DNA of 64,000 nt. It comes from an uncultured Chthonomonadaceae bacterium. GTDB taxonomy: Bacteria; Armatimonadota; Chthonomonadetes; Chthonomonadales; Chthonomonadaceae. The position numbers were made by a program, and so were the translations under genes. Positions 1 through 11,770 of the stretch are shown one piece after another; position 1 is the stretch's first letter, and the number at the start of each line of letters is the position of its first letter. The DNA is taken from positions 128,001-192,000 of the forward strand of contig CAWFQB010000001.1 in the NCBI GenBank assembly GCA_963817895.1. Reading direction: 5' to 3'. The notes below the pieces were generated by a model. It searched no databases. It saw nothing but the letters and a program-made list of their open reading frames with translations, and was not told the DNA's origin.

Positions 1-1
1 A

Positions 2-286
2 CAGGCTGTTCGCGCACATACTCCGCCTGTTCCTGTTCTTCAAGTCGCTGCCATAGTCACAGGCGTTATCTTCATCCTGTTTGGACTGATGCCTGCTGTC
101 TTCGCGTTGCCCTGCGCCGCAATTGCGCAGCGAACTCGCCACAAGTTTGCAAGTTTTTCAGAAGCATTTTGGGAATACTGGAGCAAAATATCAGGCGGAG
201 TTTTTGTAGCGTTGTGGATTGTCGGGATTGCACTTTTTCTGTGGGATAAACTCGTCAGTCCCTTCATCCACTACCTCTTACGATAA
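2..286 (+). CDS. Hypothetical membrane protein, 5'-partial
   Basis: Frame is open from the window edge through ORF 89..286; two hydrophobic segments (VAAIVTGVIFILFGL; VFVALWIVGIALFLW). Confidence 0.55.
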   Translation, partial: QAVRAHTPPVPVLQVAAIVTGVIFILFGLMPAVFALPCAAIAQRTRHKFASFSEAFWEYWSKISGGVFVALWIVGIALFLWDKLVSPFIHYLLR

Positions 287-395
287 TTTAATCCATTTTG
301 AAGCAGCAAAGCCGTCAGTGACGGCACGGCCATGCTGAAGAAGAATGATAAGCAGTTGATTACCGCCGCTCGGTCATAAGATCGGGCGGCTGTTT

Positions 396-716
396 TTACG
401 GAGTGGGCGGTTGGATTGACGCGGAAGAATGGGAAGTAGTTGGCGTGTTCGGGATGCGGAGTTTGCGCTCGTTGGGGAACACGTAGCCGAGTTTGCGGGC
501 GGCCAGTTCGATGCCTTCGGGCGTGTCAATGGCGCGGAGTTCTTTGGCCGCGTCCTGGTTCTGGATATTGAGGTGTTTGAGTTCGCGTTCCAAACCGTCG
601 TTGCGATCTCGAAGACTGGACGCGAGAACAAACGGATGCGCCGCGTTCATGCCGACAAAACTGAAAACGATGCAGGCGGCGAAACTCAGAAGCAGCACAA
701 AGGGGCGGCGCTGCAT
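396..716 (-). CDS. ftsB: Septum formation initiator (FtsB/DivIC family)
   Basis: N-terminal TM, coiled coil, then TPEGIELAARKLGYVFPNE motif; lies downstream of eno, the usual synteny. Confidence 0.7.
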   Translation of the reverse strand: MQRRPFVLLLSFAACIVFSFVGMNAAHPFVLASSLRDRNDGLERELKHLNIQNQDAAKELRAIDTPEGIELAARKLGYVFPNERKLRIPNTPTTSHSSASIQPPTP

Positions 717-890
717 CAGGGGCTTGCGTCGCGGCGAAACGTAGGGCAGATTGGGCGTGGTGGCAGTAATTGCGGTTGCCTCAAACCAACAGAATTACAA
801 CAGGAACAAAAGCGAATTTCAAAACAAACAGTGAACAACGCGCACAGGCAGACAGGTTAGGCGGTAAATTTGTTACGCAGGTCGGGAAGC

Positions 891-1301
891 CTACCCGTCC
901 GATTCTGTATCCTCATACGGCAGTGAATTAGCAGTAGTTCCCGTTAATACCGGCGGAACCGGTTGCAAACGCGCTCCAATAGCCGCGCCATCGTCCCCAT
1001 CCAGACGCTTGCCCATCAATACGGCGCGATCTATGCCGCAAAGCCGGTTGATCTCCTGCTTGATGTTTTTCAGCATGTCGCCCAGGCGCAAACCTTCGCT
1101 AAAGCCCTGCGCCTTCCAAAAATCTGTGTCCCCAGACTTTTCCCGGTACGCGAGTTCCACGCGATCACAGCGATGCAGGCGTTCGTACTGGCGTAGAAAA
1201 TCTGTTTTCATCAGGGGCAGCCAGCCAAAATGAGCGCAGCCCAGCACATACCAGTGGTACTGCTGATCTGTCGGTTCAACAACCTCACTGCCGCTGTCCA
1301 T
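891..1301 (-). CDS. Hypothetical protein (YHWYVLGC-motif paralog B)
   Basis: AAGGAGG RBS upstream; shares YHWYVLGC and RA(V/I)L(M/V)G with its neighbour. Confidence 0.7.
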   Translation of the reverse strand: MDSGSEVVEPTDQQYHWYVLGCAHFGWLPLMKTDFLRQYERLHRCDRVELAYREKSGDTDFWKAQGFSEGLRLGDMLKNIKQEINRLCGIDRAVLMGKRLDGDDGAAIGARLQPVPPVLTGTTANSLPYEDTESDG

Positions 1302-1313
1302 CGTAACGCCTCC

Positions 1314-1568
1314 TTACGAAAACGCGACGCCCTCTTCCGCCATGCCAACCAGAATAGCCCGTACAAAGGGATCGTCCTTCATCCGCGCTTCCATTTCCGC
1401 CCGACTTGCGGCATCCAACTTCAATAATGTGCCATTGGCGTCCGCCGCTCTTAATTGCTCCGCGTGGGCCTCGAATTCCTGCCAGCGGCCCGCAAATTCT
1501 TTTTGCGACACCGGTGCCTGCCCCAACCGGTCACAGCCCAACACGTACCAGTGATACTCCTTCTCCAC
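1314..1568 (-). CDS. Hypothetical protein (YHWYVLGC-motif paralog A)
   Basis: GTG start with GGAG RBS; motif shared with 891..1301. Confidence 0.7.
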   Translation of the reverse strand: MEKEYHWYVLGCDRLGQAPVSQKEFAGRWQEFEAHAEQLRAADANGTLLKLDAASRAEMEARMKDDPFVRAILVGMAEEGVAFS

Positions 1569-1584
1569 AGCAACACTCCGGGGA

Positions 1585-1698
1585 AGAAAAGGAGAAAAGG
1601 AGAAGAGGAGAACAAATATAAAATTCTTTTGTCTTCTTTTCGTATGTTTCGTGTTTTACGGTTCCCCTCCTTTTCTCCTCTTCTCCTTTTCTCCTTTT

Positions 1699-1700
<2 letters not shown>
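1585..1700. repeat. Inverted tandem octamer element (AGAAAAGG)n ... (CCTTTTCT)n
   Basis: Arms 1585-1612 and 1673-1700 are reverse complements; inner TTTCGT(AT)G-type repeat at about 1638-1661. Confidence 0.85.
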
Positions 1701-3054
<1,354 letters not shown>

Positions 3055-3144
3055 TTAACCGCGCATTTTTGTGCCGTGTTCGTTCCCGCCGCATTATGGC
3101 ACAAACCGGGGAATCCTGTAAACTAGAGAAGAAGTTTCCTTGCT

Positions 3145-3651
3145 TCAGACGGTGCAGGCGCAGCCGCAGAGCAGAGTTATCTCAACCGGCGAGTCGTGTT
3201 CGGTTCGGAACCCATTCTGAATATGAACTACGCGATTGGTGGCGGGATCAAACGTAATCACGTCGCGTATGCCCTGGCTGACATAGAACGGAACGCCGAC
3301 CAGCGTGTCTTTCGCCTCATAATCTTTGCTGATGATTTCGATGACGGCTTCCGGCAGCAGGGTCACAGCCTTGTCTTGCTCGTCGGGTTCACGACAAAAG
3401 ATGCTGATGTCGGGCCGCTTGATGGAACCGTCCGGGAAGCGGATGTCTACATCGGAATAGTTGACGCACCCGCAGCCGCCTCCATCGCTGTTCGCAGTCA
3501 ACGTTCGCCGTATAGAATTTTCAATGCGGCGGCTCGCTTTCTGGTGGCGAATTACGGGAGAGGCTTCCCATGTCGTAACGCCGCCTGCCGATTCAAGCCG
3601 AATGCCCAACATTTCATCGGCTGCCTGTATAAGTTCTTCGCTAATCGCCAT
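3145..3651 (-). CDS. Uma2/DUF820 family PD-(D/E)XK endonuclease-like protein
   Basis: ASPVIRHQ, KRPDISIF, PEAVIEIISKD, Y...GI motifs typical of Uma2. Confidence 0.85.
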   Translation of the reverse strand: MAISEELIQAADEMLGIRLESAGGVTTWEASPVIRHQKASRRIENSIRRTLTANSDGGGCGCVNYSDVDIRFPDGSIKRPDISIFCREPDEQDKAVTLLPEAVIEIISKDYEAKDTLVGVPFYVSQGIRDVITFDPATNRVVHIQNGFRTEHDSPVEITLLCGCACTV

Positions 3652-3843
3652 GATGTTTTGTTCTTCTTTGTTCTACTGTTCGTTTTTTGCGTATTTCGCG
3701 GTTCATTCCGCGTTTTATTGGTAATTTCTCTTTTGTATTAACTTTTCCTCCTCTCGAATACGATAGGAAGGACAACACCTTTTGCCCGGTGAATAAACCC
3801 GTGTGCCTCTTTTCCAAGTTCTATTGTTCTAAGGCGGTGTCCT

Positions 3844-6800
3844 GTGTCTGTCACTCCCGAAGCGGTTCCTGCATCTTCCACAGTCCCGTTCTATATCACG
3901 GGCGGCACGCTGCCGCCCGAAGCCTCTTCGTATGTCACCCGTCAGGCCGACACCGACCTGTACGAGAACCTGCGGGCGGGCGAATACTGCTACGTCCTCA
4001 ACTCGCGGCAGATGGGCAAGTCCAGCTTGTGCGTCCGCGCCATCGGGCGCTTGCGCGACGCGGGCGTACAAACCGCGTTCGTGGATTTGACCCGCTTCGG
4101 CGGCAAGAACCTCAGCGTGGAGCAGTGGTACGCCGGCCTTTTAAGTGAGATAGGGCGCGAACTCGGATTGCGAAGCGAGTTTCTGGCCTGCTGGAAAGCG
4201 CAGGGCGAACTCAGCCCCTTGCAGCGCCTGTTCGGAGCCTTGCAGGAAGTGGCGCTCACGAAAACAGACGCGCCGATAGTGGTGTTTGTGGACGAGATAG
4301 ACGTGACGCGCAGCCTGCCGTTCAGCGCGGACGAGTTCTTTGCCGCCATTCGGCAGTGCTACGTCGGACGGGCCACCGATCCGCAATTGAAGCGGCTGGC
4401 CTTCTGCCTGTTGGGAACCGCCACGCCCGCCGAACTGATCCAGGACACGCGCGTATCCCCCTTCAACATCGGCAAACGTATAGACTTGCAGGATTTTACC
4501 AAAGACGAGGCCGTTCCCCTGGCGCGCGGCATGGCGGGCGGGCAGGCCGCGCTTGACCGCGCCCTGTACTGGACGGGCGGGCATCCCTATCTGACGCAGC
4601 GATTGTGCCGCGCCATTGCCGAACAGCCCGCAACAGGCGCGGCCTCGGACGTGGACAGACTGTGCAGCGAACTGTTCCTGACGCACAAAGCGAAAGAGGC
4701 CGACGACAACCTGGCCTTTGTGCGCAATCGCCTGCTCAAAAGCGAGGCGGACCTTGCCGGTCTGCTCGACCTGTACCGCAAAATGCGGGCGGGCAAGCGG
4801 GTTCCTGACGACGAGACCAACCCTCTGTGCGCCGTTCTCAAACTCAGCGGCGTCGCCAGGGTTGCGGACGGGGCGTTGCAGGTGCGTAACCGCATCTACG
4901 CGCATGTATTCGACCGGCAGTGGGCCACAACCCACATGCCCGACGTGGAACAGCGCCGACAGCGGCAGGCATTCCGGCGCGGCATCGCGCTTGCGGGCGG
5001 CGTTGGGAGCGCGATTCTGCTGATCGTGGCGAGCCTGGGACTGCTGGCCTGGCGTAACTACCGCGTGGCCCAGGCGCAGACCGCCCTCGCCACCCAACGC
5101 GCGGAAGAGGCCGATTGCAACCTGTATGTCGCCAACATGAGCCTGATACAGCGCGACTGGGACAACGGCAACATCACGCACGCGCAGGAACTGCTGGAAG
5201 CGACACGGCGGCGGGGACAAGGCGCCTTCGAGTGGGGCTACTGGAACCGCCTGCTCCACCTGGAACTTCTCACGCTCAAGGGACATTCAGGCATGATCAT
5301 TACCGCTGCCGTGTCGCCGGACGGCGCTCGCATCGCGACCGGCGGCACGGACGGGACGGTCAGGGTGTGGGAGGCGGCAAACGGCCATTGCCTGCATGTT
5401 CTGAGGTGTTTTCCTGAACATGCGGCGCGCGACCTGGTGTTTAAAGTGGCGTTCTCTCCGAACGGTTCGCGCCTGTTGGCCGCTACTTTTCGTAGCGTGA
5501 AACTATGGGACACTGCAACGGGCGTGGAACTGAAAGCGCTTACGGTAGGCGCAAACAATCTTTTCCTTGCTTTCTCGCCGGACGGAACGCGTGTCGCAAC
5601 CGCAAACCAGCAGGGAGCCTTAGTGCGGGACATTGTAACCGGCAGAAAACTTCTTTTCATTAAGGGGCCAATGTTTAGGGATGGTGTCGCAGGCTGTCGC
5701 GCAACCTTTTCTCCGGATGGCAAGCGCTTTGTCACCACCAGTCAGGACCAGACCGCCAGAGTGTGGGATGCGGCAACCGGGAAAGCCCTGCTGACGATCC
5801 GGGGAAATATAGCCCACCAGGAGGCTGCTGTTGCTTTTTCGCCGGACGGCAGGCATATCGTCACGGGCATGGACAATCACACCGCGCGACTGTGGGACGC
5901 GCGCACAGGCAAAGCGGAGGGTACGCTTGCCGGCTATACGAATCAGATTTCGGACCTCGCTTTTTCTCCCGACGGCAAACGTATCGCAACCGGCGGAGGG
6001 GACGGTCAGGCAAAAATATGGGATATGCGAACAGCCAGATGCCTGACTACTCTCAAAGGACATGGCGGCATTGTCTTCAGCGTCGCTTTTTCACGCGACG
6101 GCAAGCGTCTTGTCACCTGTGGTGACAGCGCGGCAAAGGTGTGGGACGCGACTACGGAACAGATGGACCTTACGTTAAGCAAACCTGCTTTGACCGCAGG
6201 CTTTGGAGGCGTGGTCTCCTTCTCTCCCGACGGAAGGCGCATTGCCGCAGTCACGAAAACCGGCGGCACAGTATGGGACGCGGCAACGGGAAAGGCTCTG
6301 TTCACGCATAAAACGCCTATAGCTAAAAGCTACCCGATTGGCATTTCGTCGGATGGCAGCCATGTGCTGGCTGTACGTGAGGACAAGAGCGGCGTGGTGA
6401 TGGCGTGGGACGCTGGAACTGGAATTCAGCAGCGGGCACTTCGGCAGACAGCAAAATATTCAGAGGCTGTTTTTTCTCCCGATGGCAAGCGCATCGCCCT
6501 GATCGAGGACAGCGTTCTGACAGTTCTTGACACGGCTGCGGGCAAGGAACTTCTCGCCTTTCATGCGCTCCGCCCTACTGAATCTTTCCAAAGAAGCGTT
6601 TTTTCTCAAGACAACAATTACATAGCAAAAGGAAACACCGATGGCACCGCGTCGGTATGGGACTTGAAGACGGGAAAGGAGCAGAAAACGTTACAAGGCC
6701 ACAGCGAAGGAGTTAGGGCAGTCGCTTTTCGCCGGACGGCGCACGCATCGCTACAGGTAGTACGGATCAGACGGCGAAGATATGGGACAGGGCAAGCGGA

Positions 6801-7088
6801 CGCTGCCTGCTCACCCTCAAAGGACATGGCGGCATTGTCGAAAGCGTCGCGTTTTCCGGGGACGGCAAACGGCTGTTGACAGGCAGCGCTGACAACACCG
6901 CAAAGGTCTGGGATGCCGCGACCGGGGCCGACCTGCTCACGCTCAAAGGCGATACCAACAAAGGTGGTCTCAACTTCGTTACCTGTGCCGCGTTTTCGCC
7001 CGATGGGAAGCGCGTCGTGACCAGCGATTATGATGGCGCGGCGAAGGTTTGGTATGCCGACGACACGCGCCTCGCGCCACCCAATTAG
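3844..7088 (+). CDS. AAA-like (AAA_35/STAND-type) NTPase + TM + WD40-repeat protein; frameshift near 6728
   Basis: Walker A SRQMGKSS, Walker [18 protein letters not shown]; one TM; more than 10 WD40 units (AFSPDG...ARVWD); continues in ORF 6876..7088 after a missing T in a T-run. Confidence 0.9.
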
Positions 7089-7536
7089 AGCGCTATCTTC
7101 CGGTTAAAATGTTTCCGGCGGCGCGGAGGGGCAGATACATAAATAGAGGTAAATATCCTGCAATATGGAAACTTTTCGCGCCCATTTTCGGTCTTGAATA
7201 GTGGTATTCAGTGACGCAGACAACCGTTCTGCTGTCCTTCTCAGGCGTACAGTCTTTCCTGCGGGCGGTGGGTTCGCCGCCCAATTTCGGCAGGAAAATA
7301 AATCTGCGTGCGCCGCGCATGTTGGGCCGAAAGCCCGACGCGCCTATCAATTTGCGGGCGCGACCGGACAGGGCCGCATTCCCCGAAACGGCATGACCGC
7401 CACCATAGTTTTGTGGCCTGTTATGTAAGTCGGGACGATTAAACGCCTGTTCCCCTCCGTCCGCCGCTCTTGCCGCCGCGCCCGCGAACTGCCGCCTGTG
7501 CAATGTTCGCGTTGGCTGCGCCGATAGCAAGAAGGA

Positions 7537-9527
7537 GTGGCACACACCCGTTTATGTCGAACCAATCTATTACCGCTCGTTACGACAGCCCGTTTCCCGT
7601 CAGCGACAGCCCGAACGGCAGCTACCAACGTCGCCAACATGCCCTATGGGGCCGATACCCTTGCCGAAGAGCGCAAGCCGCTGACCTCGCAGCAGCAGCG
7701 CATCACCGACAACCTTTCGCAACTGCTGGAAGTGCTGCCGCCCGCCATTCGCGCGCATCTGGAACAGAGAGGCAGCCTGGACGACCTGCTCGAAATCGTC
7801 ATGGATCTGGGGCGCATTCCCGAAGCGCGTTTCCCGGAGCGCGTCGTGGAATTGGGCAGCGAACCGGTTTCCGCCGAGGACATTGAATATGTCGTGGGGC
7901 GCGTCGGCGCGTTCGGCAAGGACAACCGCGCCGGTATCGAGCGCACGCTGCACCGCATTTCGGCCATTCGCAACCGTCAGGGCAAAGTCGTCGGCCTGAC
8001 CTGCCGTATCGGGCGCGCCGTTTACGGAACCATTGACATCATTCAGGATATGGTCGAAAGCGGCAAAAGCATTCTGATGCTCGGCCGCCCGGGACGCGGC
8101 AAAACCACCAAACTGCGCGAAGTGGCCCGCGTCCTTTCGGACGAACTGAAAAAGCGCGTCGTGATCGTGGATACCAGCAACGAAATCGCGGGCGACGGCG
8201 ATATTCCGCATCCCGCCATCGGACGCGCCCGCCGGATGCAGGTCGCCACGCCCGAACAGCAGCACAACGTCATGATCGAGGCGGTGGAAAACCACATGCC
8301 GGAAGTGATCGTGATTGACGAGATCGGAACCGAGCAGGAGGCGTTCGCCGCCCGCACCATTGCGGAGCGCGGCGTCCAGCTTGTCGGAACCGCGCACGGC
8401 AACAGCCTGGAAAACCTGATGATGAACCCCACGCTGTCCGATCTGGTCGGCGGCATCCATGCGGTCACGCTTTCCGACGATGAGGCCAAGCGCCGGGGTA
8501 CGCAAAAAACGGTTCTGGAGCGCAAAGCGCCGCCTACGTTCGACGTGATTATCGAAATCATGGAGGTGGACAAGCTTGCCGTGCATCTGGACGTGGAGCG
8601 AACCGTTGACCGACTGCTGCGCGGGTCGCCGCCCCGCCCGGAGATCCGCGTTCGCAACGAGGAAGGCCAGATTGACGTGATTCAGCGTTCGGATGAGGGC
8701 GGTAATATCCGCGAAATTCCCGACAACGATCCCGTGTATGGCAACGGCCCTAACCGGCGACGGCAGGAACGAGCGTCCGGGTCGAAATGACGGCAATGAC
8801 CGCGTTGCCATGCCCGAACGCCCGGAGCGTGATCCCCGGATCACGCGCATTGCAGGCCCGCCCGAACAGCCCCGCCCGGAAGCCGGCTGCGGCCCACGCT
8901 GAAACCGCAAGCGCCGGGTGGTAGCCAATCGTCAGCAGTACGCGCGCAGCCGTGACAGGGAAGACGATGACGACGGCCCCTCCCGCTTCATCGTGCCTCC
9001 GGTTGGCGGCAATACGGCCAGTCCGGGCGCGACGGTGAAGCAGTTGCCGACTACCGTGCGGATATTCCCGTATGGCGTGTCGCGCAGCCGTCTGGACCGC
9101 GCCATTGCCGAGTCGCATGTCCCGGCTCTGATTGCCCGTGACGTGAGCGACGCGGATGTGGTTGTCGCGCTGAAAGCCACATACAAGCGCGAACCGGGCA
9201 AAATGCGCGAAGCGACCCAAAAGCGTCTGCCCGTGTACATGGTGAAAAGCAACACGTATGCGCAGATCAACGACAGCATCCGCGAAATCTTCCGGCTCGG
9301 TCCTGCCGAAGAGGAGGCCGGCGTAGACTCCGCCGAAGACGCCCTGCTGGAAGCGCAGGAGGGCATAGACATGGTGAAGCAGAGCGGCGAAGCCGCTCGA
9401 CCTGTCCGCCGCCAACTCCTACATGCGCCGCTTGCAGCACCAACTCGTGGAGCGCTACCAACTGGTATCGGAAAGCGTGGGCGTGGAACCCAACCGCCGC
9501 GTCCGCATCCTGCCCGTCGGCGCGTAA
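7537..9527 (+). CDS. Ycf45/SpoIIIAA-like AAA ATPase with C-terminal R3H domain; frameshifts near 8760 and 9395
   Basis: [38 protein letters not shown]; third frame reads [32 protein letters not shown] (R3H), TAA at 9525-9527. Start uncertain (7537-7639). Confidence 0.88.
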
Positions 9528-9533
9528 ATTCAT

Positions 9534-9705
9534 TAGACAGGATTAACAGGATTTTTCAGGATTAGACAGGATTAAGAAGAATGAAGGTGTCACTTGCAGG
9601 AATTACAGGTACTTGAACTCTAATTCCTACGGCAGTGGTTAAGGCAACTCAGCCATCCTTCTTTTGAAATCCTGTTAATCCTGAAAATCCTGTTAATCCT
9701 GTCTA
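9534..9705. repeat. Inverted tandem nonamer element (CAGGATTAA-type)
   Basis: Left arm tagacaggattaacaggatttttcaggattagacaggatt; right arm aatcctgttaatcctgaaaatcctgttaatcctgtcta. Confidence 0.9.
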
Positions 9706-9724
9706 TTTCGCATTGGAGGCTGGC

Positions 9725-10327
9725 TTGGCGCGTGGTCTGTTTGTTACGTTTGAGGGGGGCGAGGGCGTGGGGAAGACCACGCAGATCGCGCTGCTGCGTT
9801 CCGCTTTGGAGCGGGACGGCGCGAACGTTTGCGTGACGCGGGAACCGGGCGGCGATGCGGTTTCCGAAACCGTGCGCCATCTGCTGCTCACCACCGACAT
9901 GACGCCCCGCGCCGAACTGCTGCTGTTTCTCGCGTCCCGCGCCCAGAACGTCGAACACGTTATCAAGCCTCATCTGGAACAGGGCGGCATTGTGCTGTGC
10001 GACCGCTTCACGGACAGCAGCCTGGCGTATCAGGGGTGGGCGCGCGGGTTGGGACTGGAAGCCGTCGCGCAATTGAACGCTTTCGCGACGGGTGGCCTTG
10101 TCCCCGATCTGACTTTTCTCCTCGACCTCGACCCCGCGCAGGGCCTTTCCCGCCAGACCGACCACAACCGCATGGAAAACGAAGGATTGGCATTTCACCG
10201 CCGCGCAAGGGAGGGATTTTTGCGGTCGCGGCGAATGAACCCTCACGCATTGTTGTGCTGGATGCGCTCCCTGCCCGCCGCCGAACTGCACGCACAGATT
10301 TATGAACGAGTGAGGAGTTTCCCATGA
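9725..10327 (+). CDS. tmk: Thymidylate (dTMP) kinase; two compensating frameshifts at about 10220-10270
   Basis: FVTFEGGEGVGKTTQ, TREPGG, VLCDRFTDSSLAYQG, PDLTFLLDLD; TTG start after GGAGG. Confidence 0.95.
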   Translation: MARGLFVTFEGGEGVGKTTQIALLRSALERDGANVCVTREPGGDAVSETVRHLLLTTDMTPRAELLLFLASRAQNVEHVIKPHLEQGGIVLCDRFTDSSLAYQGWARGLGLEAVAQLNAFATGGLVPDLTFLLDLDPAQGLSRQTDHNRMENEGLAFHRRAREGFLRSRRMNPHALLCWMRSLPAAELHAQIYERVRSFP

Positions 10328-10653
10328 AACTGGTTATTACCGTCGTGCATGATCGCGACAAGAACAAGATTACCGAAGCGCTGCTGCGCAACGGCTACAA
10401 ATTCACCAAAATCGGCAGTACGGGCGGCTTTTTGCGCGAGGGCAATGTCACGCTGCTCATCGGCGTGGAGGGCGACGACGCGCAAAAGGTGATTGACGTT
10501 ATCAGCGACAGTTGTAAAACGCGCGAGCAGTTTGTCAACGTCCTGCCCCCCGACGCGGCCCCTACCGGCGGATTCATGCCAAGCCCGGTCAAGGTACTGG
10601 TCGGCGGCGCGGTCTGCTTCGTCGTGGACGTGGAGCGTTTCGAGCGGTTTTAG
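10324..10653 (+). CDS. darA: Cyclic-di-AMP receptor (PII-like DarA/PstA, DUF970)
   Basis: MKLVITVV..D, TKIGSTGGFLREGNVTLLIG, VGGAVCFV; ATGA overlap with tmk as in the Bacillus tmk-darA arrangement. Confidence 0.9.
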   Translation: MKLVITVVHDRDKNKITEALLRNGYKFTKIGSTGGFLREGNVTLLIGVEGDDAQKVIDVISDSCKTREQFVNVLPPDAAPTGGFMPSPVKVLVGGAVCFVVDVERFERF

Positions 10654-10732
10654 TTGGTGATTGGTGGTTCTTTAGCGGTTCATACGGTCGGAACGATAAA
10701 GCGGCTGTGGAAAGCGATGAGGGAGCGGAAAA

Positions 10733-11047
10733 ATGCGAAACGTGTGCAGCGCGATTGCGCGAACGTTCGGCGCGGCGTGGACGACACTGGGCTGGATGCT
10801 GTTCGTCGTTGCCCTCGTGCTTCCTCTGATTCCGTTTATTGGCGCGATTTTAGCGCCGGTATGGCTGGGGGTGCGTATCGCGCTGGCGTTGTGGTGGGTC
10901 ATTGACATGGTAGATCAGGAATTTATTGCTACCTTTGTGGGTGGCGCTCTATTGTTGGTGTTCATGGCGTTTGTGTTCCGTCCCCATAGCGCGTTGTTCA
11001 TTATCTGCTGGCTGGTCTATATGACGAATGTACGCAAAAAGTCATAA
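10733..11047 (+). CDS. Hypothetical membrane protein
   Basis: GAGGGAG RBS; about 4 hydrophobic segments. Confidence 0.65.
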   Translation: MRNVCSAIARTFGAAWTTLGWMLFVVALVLPLIPFIGAILAPVWLGVRIALALWWVIDMVDQEFIATFVGGALLLVFMAFVFRPHSALFIICWLVYMTNVRKKS

Positions 11048-11768
11048 CCCGAAAAATCCAAACACCAGTTATCTAACGAGGACACCTATTTCCCGGTCAC
11101 TGCATACGCAACAACTTGATTGTCGGGCTATCCGACGTTTGGCCTGCCCGCGCCTCACTCGCCGCGCCTCTGCCGCAATGTTGTCCGGTAGAGGGTTGTC
11201 GGGAACGCCAACGTTGTTTCAAAGCGAGAGATCGAGTCCAGATGAAGGTTCCTGCACAGACGGCTTGCGTATCCTCGCGCAAAAGGCCCTGCCCCATCTG
11301 GTTAGTCCCCTGCATCCGCGAGAAATCCGCGCCTTTCTCCATTGTCTCGGCCCCTCCGCTATATACGGCCTGCGCATGATTCGTCTGCGGCAGGAGTGTT
11401 TGCTGAATTCTTCCGGCATTGTTTTCGCGGAGTACGTTGTTCCCGGCGAAATCTGCCTGTACGCCGTTCCTGCTTCCCCCTGGCAGTTTGCGTTTGTTCC
11501 TTCCCGTTCTGATTGTGAAGCGTTTACCCGGCACGGCGCAAACGTCCATGTAGACGAATCGCGCCGTCAGACAACCGTTTACTGGACACCAACCGACTTG
11601 AAATCCTATTTGCTCTACGAAGTTCTGGCGCATGAAATCGGGCATCACGTCTTGCAGCACAACAAAGGCAAGCGGCAGGCGCAAATCCGTCGCCGCTTCG
11701 ACCACGAGGCTTGCGCCGATTTATACAGCCGCCGTTTGGAGAGGTTGAGGGTACATTCAACATTTTAG
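11028..11768 (+). CDS. Hypothetical protein with HExxH zinc-metallopeptidase motif
   Basis: YEVLAHEIGHH with downstream HEACAD (third-ligand Glu); ends 2 nt before the SPOUT gene; start uncertain. Confidence 0.65.
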   Translation: MYAKSHNPKNPNTSYLTRTPISRSLHTQQLDCRAIRRLACPRLTRRASAAMLSGRGLSGTPTLFQSERSSPDEGSCTDGLRILAQKALPHLVSPLHPREIRAFLHCLGPSAIYGLRMIRLRQECLLNSSGIVFAEYVVPGEICLYAVPASPWQFAFVPSRSDCEAFTRHGANVHVDESRRQTTVYWTPTDLKSYLLYEVLAHEIGHHVLQHNKGKRQAQIRRRFDHEACADLYSRRLERLRVHSTF

Positions 11769-11770
11769 CT

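Noticed and set aside
7585..7632. cccgtttcccgtcagc resembling the 3' end of a c-di-AMP (ydaO) riboswitch
   Set aside because: The 5' conserved elements are missing and the stretch is probably coding ([14 protein letters not shown]...).
9534..9705. Repeat clusters as a possible CRISPR array
   Set aside because: Units are 7-9 nt, contiguous and inverted, with no unique spacers and no cas genes.
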